DNA of 64,000 nt from IMG/VR virus record IMGVR_UViG_3300021399_000097; one strand, written 5' to 3'. Made by a program: the position numbers and the translations under genes. Shown one piece after another: positions 11,410 to 21,633 of this stretch (position 1 is the first letter of the stretch; each line of letters begins with the position of its first letter). Source of the stretch: a virus (lineage: Duplodnaviria; Heunggongvirae; Uroviricota; Caudoviricetes). The notes under the pieces are model-generated. The model ran no database searches. It saw only the letters and a list, made by a program, of their open reading frames with translations, and was not told the DNA's origin.

Positions 11410-12405
11410 TTACTTCATCAAATCTTCTTTAATATCATTGATTACCAGATAAATCAGCTCTGCCTGGTCACGAGTTGCATTTGATACTTTCTTACCTTTA
11501 CCAAAATACTTCTCAACAATCTGTGTTACTTTTGGAGCATACTGTTCAGCGTCTTTACTCATTAGCTGTCCTGTAATTTCAGTAAACTCTTTGAAAAGTT
11601 CATCATAATCATAATCTTTAATGATATTTGTAACTTCTCTTTCATTTGTTACAAACTCATTATTATGTTCCTTAGCTTCACTATCAATTGCATCAGTTAG
11701 TGCTTTAGCAAGAGATTCATAGTTGAAGTCAATAACTGGAGCCATATTTTTAAATCGGCTACCACAAGAAATACCAGAGTTTGCTGGAGACCGCAACATC
11801 AACTTCATGGCAGTTTTACCCTCTTCATCAGTGGTTGCAAAAGCATAACCATAAATATCTGCCATATTTTCAATAATCTTCAAAGCAGACGACTGAATAG
11901 AAGGTTTAACTTCTTCACCAATTTCTTTACCTGCTGCATTTTTCATTGGACTTCTGGAAGCGTGTGAAATAAACACAACTGCATATCCCATCATTGTAAG
12001 TCCTCTAAATACTTCTTCAAACTCTTTCTTGTATCTAGGCCAACTGTTATTCCCCCAGCCGCCATCGCCCATCTGTTCAATACCAAGCTGACTACAAATA
12101 TATTTCTGGCAAAGGTCAGCGGCAATATCAACTGTATCAATAACAATTGTTTTATAGGCTTCTTTTACTTCTTCTTTTTTAAGTTCTCTATAAATCTGTT
12201 TCATTTCGCCCCAAGTAGTGACATCCTGCGCCATAATACCAGGGATTGCGTTATAACCTTTTTCAAATGCCAAAAGAAGAGGCTTTGGCATTTGAGAGGC
12301 AAGAGTCGTCTTACCTGTTTTAGGAGGGCCATATACAAAAGTAATATACCCAGAAAGGTCACGACTAACTTTATGGGGCTGAATGCTCAAAAGGTTAATA
12401 GCCAT
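11410..12405 (-). CDS. Sak4-like RecA-fold recombination ATPase (AAA_24)
   Basis: Walker A GPPKTGKTT and IVIDTVD; layout typical of phage Sak4. Confidence 0.65.
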   Translation of the reverse strand: MAINLLSIQPHKVSRDLSGYITFVYGPPKTGKTTLASQMPKPLLLAFEKGYNAIPGIMAQDVTTWGEMKQIYRELKKEEVKEAYKTIVIDTVDIAADLCQKYICSQLGIEQMGDGGWGNNSWPRYKKEFEEVFRGLTMMGYAVVFISHASRSPMKNAAGKEIGEEVKPSIQSSALKIIENMADIYGYAFATTDEEGKTAMKLMLRSPANSGISCGSRFKNMAPVIDFNYESLAKALTDAIDSEAKEHNNEFVTNEREVTNIIKDYDYDELFKEFTEITGQLMSKDAEQYAPKVTQIVEKYFGKGKKVSNATRDQAELIYLVINDIKEDLMK

Positions 12406-12425
12406 AAGTTAATCCTCCCTTTTAA

Positions 12426-13370
12426 TTAGAAATTAAATCCACTTGCGCCACCAGTGGCTGCCGCAGGTGCCTGAGTTTGTGCGCGAGATGCATTATATTC
12501 ATCCTGACGCTGCTTAATACCTGCAATTACAACTTCACGGTCCTGCTGTGCCTTTGTATATTCGGCTGCGGTAATAGTAGATTCATCATCCCAAGTATAA
12601 GGTTCCTGTGCACCACCAGTGATAACAAAATCACGCTGAGTTGAAGTAGACTCTTCAACAGAAGGTTCACCAAAAGCAGACTCGGTAACTTTTCTTACAG
12701 TTACAATCTGAGAAATCTGGCGACCCCAAACCTTTGTAAAGCAAGGGTTCTTTGGAGATGCATCAAGCCCTTCAAAATAATCCATTGCTCCTGGATTCAG
12801 TGCTGTGAATTCAACAGGAAGAAGGGCTTTTCTAAAATCAAATACATAACCCTTAACAATAACTTTTTCGGGACGTTCACGTTCTGCATCGGCTTCTACT
12901 CTAACCGCACCTGTAATAATCATATCACACTTAAATGTATTACGAAGTTTCTCATCATCTGCCAGAGTTTGAGTTACATGGATAAATCCACCTTCATTTC
13001 TCTTCTGGCTTACAAGAACTTCTTCACCAGTTCTATTTGAGAAGAACTCATTAAGACCAATTGCCGAATCAACACGGAGTTTTGCGGCTTTATCTACACC
13101 ATGTTCCATAACACTACAAATAGTACCATTCATAATGTTTGACAAGGTTGCAAAACGACTATCGTCAGTACCTTTAGAAGTCTTTGCAGTGACATATGTA
13201 TAATGAATTGTTACAATATTTGTCAAATTATTATCAGTAGCAATATCAATCGTCCCGTTAATAAACTAAGTCCCAGGATTCTTTGAGTTCTCTCCAGAAG
13301 TTCTAAGGGACAGATTGTGCTGATACAAAAGACCCTCAATATGAGTTACATTTTCCATTACATTTTTCAT
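12426..13370 (-). CDS. putative ssDNA-binding protein (1 TAG)
   Basis: ORF 12426..13226 continues upstream through a TAG at about 13266 to an ATG overlapping the upstream TAA. Sits next to Sak4. Confidence 0.35.
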
Positions 13371-13735
13371 TATTCATTTTCTCCTTCAATAATTACATAT
13401 TTTTTTCCTTTTTCTGTTAAAGCATAAATAACAGGGTCTTGTCCAAGTTTTTCGCAAAATCCATCATTTACAAGTTTTCGCATAGTTCCAGATGCTCCAC
13501 GAGATGAAATACCCATCTGTTCGGCTAAATCTTTCGCTTTCCAGCATCTTGTATCTTGATGTTCCTGCAAATATTTAAGAACTAACATTCCATTTTCAGT
13601 TAGTTCAGGCTTGTCAGTTTTCACTTCTTTTAGAATATCAAGATAAGCTTTTATATTATCTGTCATCAATTCTTTAACCAAGTCTGGATTATTATCCATC
13701 AATTTATTCACAAAATCTAAAAACTCTTGTTTCAC
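13370..13735 (-). CDS. winged-helix transcriptional regulator
   Basis: Helix-turn-helix segment AKDLAEQMGISSRGASGTMRKLVNDGF. First gene after promoter P4. Confidence 0.45.
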   Translation of the reverse strand: MKQEFLDFVNKLMDNNPDLVKELMTDNIKAYLDILKEVKTDKPELTENGMLVLKYLQEHQDTRCWKAKDLAEQMGISSRGASGTMRKLVNDGFCEKLGQDPVIYALTEKGKKYVIIEGENE

Positions 13736-13773
13736 TGTTTTATAAAAACTCGCTTTCTTAATTTTCTAAATAT

Positions 13774-13802
13774 ATTATATCATAAAAAATTAAAAAAATC
13801 AA
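13774..13802 (-). promoter_or_regulatory. sigma70-type promoter P4 (TTGATT, 17 nt, TGaTATAAT)
   Basis: Minus-strand motif family. Confidence 0.55.
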
Positions 13803-13804
13803 CT

Positions 13805-14083
13805 TTATTCTACACTAAGTGTATAGCCAATGACTTTGTTCGCGCCATAGACTATATCAAGAAAGTTTTCAATTTCATCTATAACATACTATGTTTTACT
13901 ACCATGATAATTGTTTAAGAACTCACCATAAGAAATCATATGTATATCATTAATTCCATATTGCTTGGCTTTATATTCCATTGCTCTTGGATTACTACAT
14001 ACTAATACGGCATTATTTTCTTTTGCTAATAAAAGCAATTTACTAGTTTTACCAGTTCCTCTTCCATCAATAATACGATGCAT
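13805..14083 (-). CDS. small P-loop protein (1 TAG)
   Basis: GRGTGKTSKL. Reading through the TAG at 13889 carries on to a TAA that sits exactly at the -35 box of P4. Confidence 0.4.
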
Positions 14084-15234
14084 TATTTAATACTGTACCC
14101 CCATTCTTTGGCGTTATAAAAGTTCTACCAATAATCTTCTTTTTCGTTTAAAAGATTTCCAGAACATTCTTCAATAATTTCAAACATAAAGTTTTCAACA
14201 CCAATAGCTAACATAGCAGGATAAAGTTTATTCTATGTAGGAGGGTCTGCGCCGATGCCTCGTTTAATATGTTGTTTCCAACGTTCTGCAATATCAACTG
14301 CCTATCCTACATAACACATTCCATTATCTATATTAGTTATTTTATAAATACCTGTTTTACGTCCTTGTCCTACTACTCTACCAATTAAATCAGTACATGG
14401 TTTTTCATAATATACTTTCCAAATAACCTTATTTAATGGTTCTTTTTTTCTTAAATAAGGTTCAATAGAACGAATACGTTTTATTTCTTCTTTATCAATT
14501 TCATCTAATTGTAATCTATAAAAATCTTTTTGTTGTTTATCGGCGGCCGCACGTTTATTAGACTCAATAGCAGCATTAGCCATTTGTTGTAAATTATTTA
14601 ATTGATTTTCTTTTTCTAAAATCTAATTATCTAATTTCTCTGTAGTAATTAACCATTCATCTCTTTGGGCATCTGCTAAATCTTGATAATGAACTAATAA
14701 TTCACTTTCTAGTTGTTCATATTTATTGATTAAATCTTTGCTTTGCTGTTCAACTTCTGTTGTCATATTATTAACAACTTGCTCTTCAACTAATTTAGCA
14801 GCAGTTTTAGCCTAATTATCTAAATCATTAATTAAATGTTTCTTTTCTTCAATCTACTATTCTAAACCAGAAACTTCAGATTTTAAATTAGATTCATGCT
14901 ATGCCCAATAAATAATTTTTTGATTTTTTTCTTTGTCCCAAGCAATACGTTCATTAACAATTTCAGCCTATGCAGTTCGCGCAGCTTTTTCTAATTTTTG
15001 ATTCTACTCTTCAAAATCAGCTATATATTTATCTGTTAATTGAGAATACTGCTTATCTAATTCTGTATTTTTTTGAATATATTCTTTTTCTAAATCTTTT
15101 ATGCGTAATTGTATTTGCTATTCTGCTATTTCTAACTCTTGGTTTTTCTATTTAACTTTTATAGTTCTTATCAATTGTCCAATTAGAAAACCAAGTAAAA
15201 GACAGACAATCCCTATAATAAGTGCGTTATTCAT
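14083..15234 (-). CDS. membrane-anchored coiled-coil GIY-YIG nuclease (17 in-frame TAG)
   Basis: N-terminal TM segment LIIGIVCLLLGFLIGQL, then a coiled coil of about 230 aa, then a C-terminal GIY-YIG domain GIYKITN...CYVG[TAG]A...ERW..H...EIIEEC. ORF 14302..14583 is its central fragment. Confidence 0.7.
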
Positions 15235-15243
15235 AGCTGTAAT

Positions 15244-15277
15244 TAAAAAAATAAAGGGGTAAAGTATTTTTACCCCT
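15244..15277 (-). terminator. rho-independent terminator (AGGGGTAAA..TTTACCCCT hairpin + T-run)
   Basis: 9-bp GC-rich stem followed by TTTATTTTTTT on the minus strand, upstream of the GIY-YIG gene. Confidence 0.6.
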
Positions 15278-15296
15278 GTTATATTTTAATCTAAAA

Positions 15297-15563
15297 TTAT
15301 TCTTCTTCTGCGTCTGGGTCAAATGCGATGCCAGCAGGAGTGAGCTGAAGGAACTTCACAGCCTTATGGGTACCATCATCAAGTTCAACCTCAGCGGGAA
15401 CACGGATACCAAGACCCTTGCGCTGAATAGCACTTGTGAAAATACCATCTACCTAGCGCTTCTCAAGACCGAGAGCATCAGCAACATCACCAGAGGTAAC
15501 ATTGGCTCCACCAATACCTTTAAGATAATTCAATACGTTCTTACTATTTTCTTTCATAGCCAT
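15297..15563 (-). CDS. small winged-helix-like protein in a GC-rich patch (1 TAG)
   Basis: About 45% GC against roughly 30% around it. Has its own promoter P5 and GAAA-rich SD. Confidence 0.4.
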
Positions 15564-15611
15564 AATAATCATTTCTCCTTTGAAATTATATATTTTTTCT
15601 TTACGCAAATA

Positions 15612-15640
15612 ATTATACTAAAAAATATTTAAATTGTCAA
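15612..15640 (-). promoter_or_regulatory. sigma70-type promoter P5 (TTGACA, 17 nt, TATAAT)
   Basis: Minus-strand motif family. Confidence 0.55.
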
Positions 15641-15831
15641 GACATATCTTTTAGTAATGATTGAACCATTTCATCTATTAGGTCCAAATCTTGAAAGTCA
15701 TGAACCTTACTTGAAAGTCGCATAATTTCTTCCTATGCTACTTCAACAGCATCTTTATCTTTACTATTGGCAATAACATATTCACAATCTGCTATCTTCT
15801 TGGCAAGATTTTTGAGTTCTTTCTTTTTCAT
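15637..15831 (-). CDS. hypothetical protein (64 aa, 1 TAG)
   Basis: Downstream of promoter P6, ends at TGA. Confidence 0.35.
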
Positions 15832-15854
15832 ATTACTTCCTTATTTACATATTT

Positions 15855-15883
15855 ATTATACTAAAATTTTTTTAAAAAGTCAA
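15855..15883 (-). promoter_or_regulatory. sigma70-type promoter P6 (TTGACT, 17 nt, TATAAT)
   Basis: Minus-strand motif family. Confidence 0.55.
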
Positions 15884-17811
15884 AGCATCGCTAATAGGTC
15901 ATCTTCTGTTATAATGCTGACATTAAGCTGTTTTGCTTTTTGATTTTTTGATGAAGTTGAATTAATATCATTATTTACAAGATAATTAGTTTTTCCACTA
16001 ATACTACTAACAACTTTGCCGCCTGCTGCTTCAATTCTTGCTTTTGCTTCATCTCTATTTTTAAAAGTATTTAATTTTCCTGTGATGCAGAATGACAAGC
16101 CAGCGCAAGCACCTTCATTTTTCTTTTCATTAAATAAACTATTATTTAATTTAATTATTTGATTATCAATTAAATCATTTGCTTCTGTAAAATTAAATGC
16201 ATGAAGGGCTTTATTTATCTCATACCCAAAATTATCCCATTTTGAAAAATCAAAATCTTTTATATATTCCATAAATTGTTCCCAAGTTTCGCAATATCTA
16301 CAAATCTCTTTTGCATAATTTGTTCCAATCAACGGAATACTTAATGCTGAAATAAATTGCCACATTTCACATTCTTTTGAGTTTTCAATTGTTGTTAAAA
16401 TATTCATAACCGATTTAGGCCCAAATCCATCTTTTTTAGCCCATTCATTTTGATATTTATGAAGATAGAAAATATCTTTTAATGAAGTGACCCATTCCCA
16501 ATTGATAAGTTTTTGAAGAGTTGCTTTTGAAAGTCCTTTAATATCTAAACCTTTTTTACCAACAAAATGGTCAAGGCGATTGATAAACTTACCATCACAA
16601 TCTGGGTTAGAACAATAAAGAAAATTATCTTTAATATAAGTATCTTCTCCACAACAAGGACATTTTTTAGGTGGATCAAAATACCAAAGTAAATCATCAT
16701 TTCTTTTATCTCCCCAAATAATTTGAGGAATAATTTGATTTGCTTTAATTACTTTTATATCTTGCCCACAATAAGGATGACCCAATATTTGATTAATAAT
16801 ATTTAGGTTATGAAGAGATGCTCTAGTTACTAGACTTTCTCCATCATCAATTTCATCAAATATTGCAACAGGAGTAATTTGTCCTGTCTTTCCCATAGAC
16901 CATTCAATATTACGAAGTTTTGACTCATATTCTTCATCATAAAATTTATATGCTAATCCACCTTTAAAATGATGTCCCGTGTATCCAAGAGAATCATAGT
17001 AAGCGCAATCATTATACTTAAATACTATTCCATCTATTGGATATGATTCACTTTTCGCCCAATCTTTTAATAGATAAATCATATGCTCTAATTTATCAAT
17101 TGTGAAATTAGAAGTTGTATTCAACCAAGGAACTGGTAAGAATCCAAGCCTAGTTAATTCAACTAATTTCTCGTTTAAAGTTGGAACATTTAATCCTTTA
17201 ATACAATCCCAAGCAACAAAGGTTAACTTCCTTTGAGCGCTTTCTTGTGAATCCAATAAACGTATAGAGCCACTGGCAAAATTACGGGGATTTTTATAAT
17301 CGCTATTAAAACTTTCAAAATCTTCATAAGTACAAATTACTTCTCCATCAATTATCAGTTCATCTTTACTATCTAATTCTATTGGAACGCCTTTCACGAA
17401 CTTCATATTGTTTAAAATATCTTCACCTATTGTGCCGTCGCCACGAGTTTCAGCGCCAACAAGTTTGCCATCAATATAATGCAAAGAGCAGGTTAAACCA
17501 TCCATTTTAGCCATACCGACACAATCTTTATTGTCCATAAAATCTAATACTTCTTCAAGATTTTTTGTTTTATCTAATGATAACATTGGATGATTATGCT
17601 CAACTTTATTTAATTGACTAACAATTTTAAAATCAATATGTTGAGTAGGTGAATTACCAAAAATTAAACCAGTTTCTTTTTCTAATGATTCTAATTCAAA
17701 ATATAAATCATCATATTTTTTATCGGTGATTTCTGGTTTCCCTTCATCATATAATTTATTATAATAATTTAATTTTTGTATTAATTCATATATTCTATCA
17801 TGTTTATTCAT
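15880..17811 (-). CDS. ligA: NAD+-dependent DNA ligase
   Basis: KMDG adenylation motif, Zn finger CPCCGEDT...C, and a C-terminal BRCT-like region. Confidence 0.9.
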   Translation of the reverse strand: MNKHDRIYELIQKLNYYNKLYDEGKPEITDKKYDDLYFELESLEKETGLIFGNSPTQHIDFKIVSQLNKVEHNHPMLSLDKTKNLEEVLDFMDNKDCVGMAKMDGLTCSLHYIDGKLVGAETRGDGTIGEDILNNMKFVKGVPIELDSKDELIIDGEVICTYEDFESFNSDYKNPRNFASGSIRLLDSQESAQRKLTFVAWDCIKGLNVPTLNEKLVELTRLGFLPVPWLNTTSNFTIDKLEHMIYLLKDWAKSESYPIDGIVFKYNDCAYYDSLGYTGHHFKGGLAYKFYDEEYESKLRNIEWSMGKTGQITPVAIFDEIDDGESLVTRASLHNLNIINQILGHPYCGQDIKVIKANQIIPQIIWGDKRNDDLLWYFDPPKKCPCCGEDTYIKDNFLYCSNPDCDGKFINRLDHFVGKKGLDIKGLSKATLQKLINWEWVTSLKDIFYLHKYQNEWAKKDGFGPKSVMNILTTIENSKECEMWQFISALSIPLIGTNYAKEICRYCETWEQFMEYIKDFDFSKWDNFGYEINKALHAFNFTEANDLIDNQIIKLNNSLFNEKKNEGACAGLSFCITGKLNTFKNRDEAKARIEAAGGKVVSSISGKTNYLVNNDINSTSSKNQKAKQLNVSIITEDDLLAML

Positions 17812-17839
17812 AACATCACCTATATTTTTACTTTAATAT

Positions 17840-17868
17840 ATTTTATCATATTTTTTTAAAAAAGTCAA
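17840..17868 (-). promoter_or_regulatory. sigma70-type promoter P7 (TTGACT, 17 nt, TGaTAAAAT) for ligA
   Basis: Minus-strand motif family. Confidence 0.5.
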
Positions 17869-17929
17869 ATTGGACAAATTAAAATAATAGTGAGGAAGTA
17901 TTTTTCTAATTTATATAGAAATAACAATT

Positions 17930-18985
17930 ATGAGAGAAAGGAGTTTAACTTTTATGGCAGATACTTATACAACTGGATTAAAAAACTTTATTACAAATAA
18001 TATAAAAGGCGGTTATATTACTTCTACTACTACAATTTCAACTAGTGATTTAAATGCTAGAATAAATGAAATTATTGGTACTACATATGCAAAAATCGCA
18101 GATTTACATAATGTTGCTACTACTGGTAATTATAACCAATTAGTAAATCGTCCTAATCTTGCCACTGTTGCAACTTCTGGTGATTATAGTGATTTAATAA
18201 ATAGACCTTCATATGCACGAGTTGCTTCAACAGGCAGCTATAATGATTTAACTGATAAACCTGATTTATCAGCTCGTATTCAAAGTGAATTAGGTGATAG
18301 CGTTGATGAAGCAATTTTAAATGTTAAAAATGAGATTCTTGGATAGAATGTTGGAGCAAATTATAATACATTAGAAAAATTATAGAATAGAAAAGCAGAA
18401 GTAGTTTATATGGATGTTACTTCCAATGAATATGGTAGTTTAACTAATTTTGGTAATAATTCTTTTAATACAACTAATCATAAACTTATTGATGATATTA
18501 TTGAAAATTTTTATTTAAATAAAATTATTATTTTATAGAGTGATAATGGTAATTTTATAGTCACTAATTTACTAAATAAAAATAATTATACATAGATTAG
18601 TGCATTAAAATTAAGTTCAAATTATAATAATTTAGTAACTCAATTTGAAATTGATAATCCAGAAAGTACATTTGAAGAATATACAATAGCTAATATTAAA
18701 TTAATATATGATGAAATATATATAATTTATGATAAAACTAAAAATTTAGTTTTTTATATTAAAAAGAATTCAAATTTTATTACTAATGACGATATTGAGG
18801 ATATTAGAACTACTCTTACAAATTATAGTACAACATTATCTAATTTAAATACAACTAATAATAATTTGACAACTTCAATAACATCATTGTTTCAAACAGT
18901 AGATAGCTTAGATAGCAGAATTATTGCTTTAGAATCATATCATTCTTCTACTGAGCCAGAACCAGAAGAACATACAGAACCTTAA
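17930..18985 (+). CDS. tail-fiber-repeat protein (Phage_fiber_2-type SGDYSDLINRP repeats; 4 TAG)
   Basis: ORF 17930..18346 continues through 4 TAG to a TAA at 18983. Contains three xGxYxxLxNRP repeats. Confidence 0.55.
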
Positions 18986-18999
18986 TATAATATTTTATA

Positions 19000-19034
19000 G
19001 GGAAGATACAATATGTATCTTCCCTATTTTTTTA
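19000..19034. terminator. bidirectional hairpin terminator (GGGAAGATAC..GTATCTTCCC)
   Basis: 10-bp stem plus T-run. Sits between two convergent genes. Confidence 0.6.
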
Positions 19035-19265
19035 TTTATCTCTACTATTGCTTTCACCAGTATAAACTGGTCTACCATTATATGGGCCGCCAAAATAATA
19101 TCCCTTAATATCTTTTTCACATTCATCACAGTAAGCAGGAACATCATTATTAATGGCAAACTCATCTCTTTTACCCCTACTAACAAACTCTTTGCCACAT
19201 TTAGCGCAAACAATTATAGGGGCGTCACCCATAATTTTGATTTTATTATTTTCAAAAGAAGTCAT
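19032..19265 (-). CDS. small zinc-ribbon protein
   Basis: CAKCGK...CDECEK. I placed the start at an internal ATG that has an AAGGAG SD. Confidence 0.4.
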   Translation of the reverse strand: MTSFENNKIKIMGDAPIIVCAKCGKEFVSRGKRDEFAINNDVPAYCDECEKDIKGYYFGGPYNGRPVYTGESNSRDK

Positions 19266-19278
19266 TTCAATTTCTCCT

Positions 19279-21633
19279 TTAAACTTTACTTGCACTTAAA
19301 ATCTTATTATTTTTAAGCATTATATTTCCAATAGATTGACGACCTAATTCTGGAATATCAGTTGCAGCAATACATACAGAATTTTTATCTCCTACTAAAA
19401 GGACATTATCTTCATCACTAATAAGTTGTGCTGCACTTACATATTCATCTTTAATCCCAGATTTAAGGATCATTAAACCTTTTCCACCACGTTTTTGTAA
19501 AGTAATTTCTTTTTGAGAAATCTTTTTCCCATTACCTTTTGTAGTAAAGATAGCTAACTGGTCTTCACTGTTTCTTAAAGGTAGTGCCGCAACTACTTCA
19601 TCGTCATCTCCTAAGTTAATTCCTTTAACACCAGATGTAAGACGAGACGTTGTAGATACTTCATCAATCTTAAACTTAATCACATATCCTTGTTTGGTTA
19701 AAAGAATCAATGGTTCATCTTTTACCAAAGTGACGGCAGCGAGCGCGTCTCCTTCTTTAATAGCAATCGCACCAATCCCTTTAGTTTTCTTTGTTCCAAC
19801 ATATTCAGTAAGAGCCGTTTTCTTAACCAAACCTTTTTTAGTAACGAATAATACATATTTTGCATCAGTATCTCTATATATAGAATATATAGTCTGTACA
19901 TGTTCATTTGCCTCCATTTCTATTAAAGTTTTTACAGGAGTGCCTTTTGAAGTATTCGTTCCTTCTGGAATGTTATTTACTAACAATCTATACATCTTAC
20001 CTTGATTAGTAAACAACATTAAACTATCAATTGTATTTGTTCTAATTACTGCTTCTGTAATATCGTCTTGAGTTTTTACACCTTTTCCTCCGCGCCTTTG
20101 TGTGCGGAAAGCGGTTGCTGGAATACGCTTTAAACTTTCTCCTTTTGTAATTACGACAACACATTTCTCAGGAGGAATCTCAGCAATTTCTTTTTCTTCT
20201 TTAGTCTTTCCTAATTCAATATGTTGCAACTCTGTTTTACGAGGAACTGCATATTTTTTCCCAAAAGCACGAAGTCTATCAAGAAAAATATTTTTCTTTT
20301 TATTATTATCCTCAAGAACTGCTAAACATTCAGTAATCTTATTATTTAATTCAGCCTTTTCTTGCTCTAATTCAATTTTTTCTAATTTAGCCAAACGGCC
20401 TAGTTTCATATCAACAATAGCCTTACTTTGCCGTTCAGATAAACTATATTTTGCCATTAATCTACGGACCGCATCAGCAGAACTATCACTTGACTTAATA
20501 AGAGCGATTACATTATCAATATCTTCAAGTGCTTTTAATAGACCTTCTACAATTTCTAATCTATCTTTTGCTTTTTCTACTTCATATTTATATTCATTAT
20601 CAATACAAGTAACATTATGATTGATAAATACATCTAAATACTTTTTCAAAGTAAGAAGTTCTGGAGTTTTACCAATCAAAGCAAACTGATTTGCACTATA
20701 ACTTTTTTGTAAATCGCTATTTTTAAATAATAAATTTAATACTCTTGCGGGATCTTTTTCGCATTCTATCTCAATACAAAGTTTATTGCGACCACTTTTA
20801 TTAACGATATTATTTATGTCTGGAATTGTTTCATCAATAACTAATTTTTTAATTTGATCAATTAATGGCTCAATATAAACTTGATAAGGAACCTCGGTAA
20901 CAATAATCGTATTATCTTTAATTTCGGTTCGCGCACGCAGAACTACTTTTCCTTTACCAGTTTCATAAATTGCTTTAATCTCATTACGATTGATAATAAT
21001 TCCACCTGTTGGAAAATCTGGTGCTAAATTACTATAATCTAATTTACCAGTAGTAAGATAATTGTCAATCATACTAATTAGCTCACCGAGATTATGCGGT
21101 AGCCATACATTTGCAATTGTAGAACCAATGCCTTGACATCCATTTACCATCAACCGAGGATAAATCGCAGGAAATACCTCCGGCCATTCTGCATCTTCTG
21201 AAAAGTTCATTTTCATTGGTACAGTATGTTTATTAATGTTAAAAAGCAATCCATCTTCTGTACTCTTGGCTAATCTTGCTTCAGTGTATCGGCTGGCCGC
21301 AGGCTCTCCACTAATTTGAATAGAACCATTTGCACCATGCCAGTCAACTTCTGGGATATTATTAATCCAAGGTTGAGACATACGAGCAAAAGTATCGTAT
21401 ATTGCAGCATCACCATGAGGCCACCAGTTAGCAATAACTCCACCACTAATTTTTGCAGATTTTACATGTGGTTTATTACTGCTATATTTTTTATCGTACA
21501 TTTCCCAAAGGCATGCTCTCTGTCCCGGTTTTAGGCCATCTCGTGCATCTGCAAAAGCACGTTGCGAGTTAGCTTCATATGAGAAGTCCAAAAAGTTTTG
21601 GTGTAATTCTTGATTTATATTAATCATTATCAT
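19279..21633 (-). CDS. type II DNA topoisomerase, A (GyrA/ParC-like) subunit
   Basis: RDGLKPGQR and catalytic AASRYTEARL. Confidence 0.85.
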   Translation of the reverse strand: MIMININQELHQNFLDFSYEANSQRAFADARDGLKPGQRACLWEMYDKKYSSNKPHVKSAKISGGVIANWWPHGDAAIYDTFARMSQPWINNIPEVDWHGANGSIQISGEPAASRYTEARLAKSTEDGLLFNINKHTVPMKMNFSEDAEWPEVFPAIYPRLMVNGCQGIGSTIANVWLPHNLGELISMIDNYLTTGKLDYSNLAPDFPTGGIIINRNEIKAIYETGKGKVVLRARTEIKDNTIIVTEVPYQVYIEPLIDQIKKLVIDETIPDINNIVNKSGRNKLCIEIECEKDPARVLNLLFKNSDLQKSYSANQFALIGKTPELLTLKKYLDVFINHNVTCIDNEYKYEVEKAKDRLEIVEGLLKALEDIDNVIALIKSSDSSADAVRRLMAKYSLSERQSKAIVDMKLGRLAKLEKIELEQEKAELNNKITECLAVLEDNNKKKNIFLDRLRAFGKKYAVPRKTELQHIELGKTKEEKEIAEIPPEKCVVVITKGESLKRIPATAFRTQRRGGKGVKTQDDITEAVIRTNTIDSLMLFTNQGKMYRLLVNNIPEGTNTSKGTPVKTLIEMEANEHVQTIYSIYRDTDAKYVLFVTKKGLVKKTALTEYVGTKKTKGIGAIAIKEGDALAAVTLVKDEPLILLTKQGYVIKFKIDEVSTTSRLTSGVKGINLGDDDEVVAALPLRNSEDQLAIFTTKGNGKKISQKEITLQKRGGKGLMILKSGIKDEYVSAAQLISDEDNVLLVGDKNSVCIAATDIPELGRQSIGNIMLKNNKILSASKV

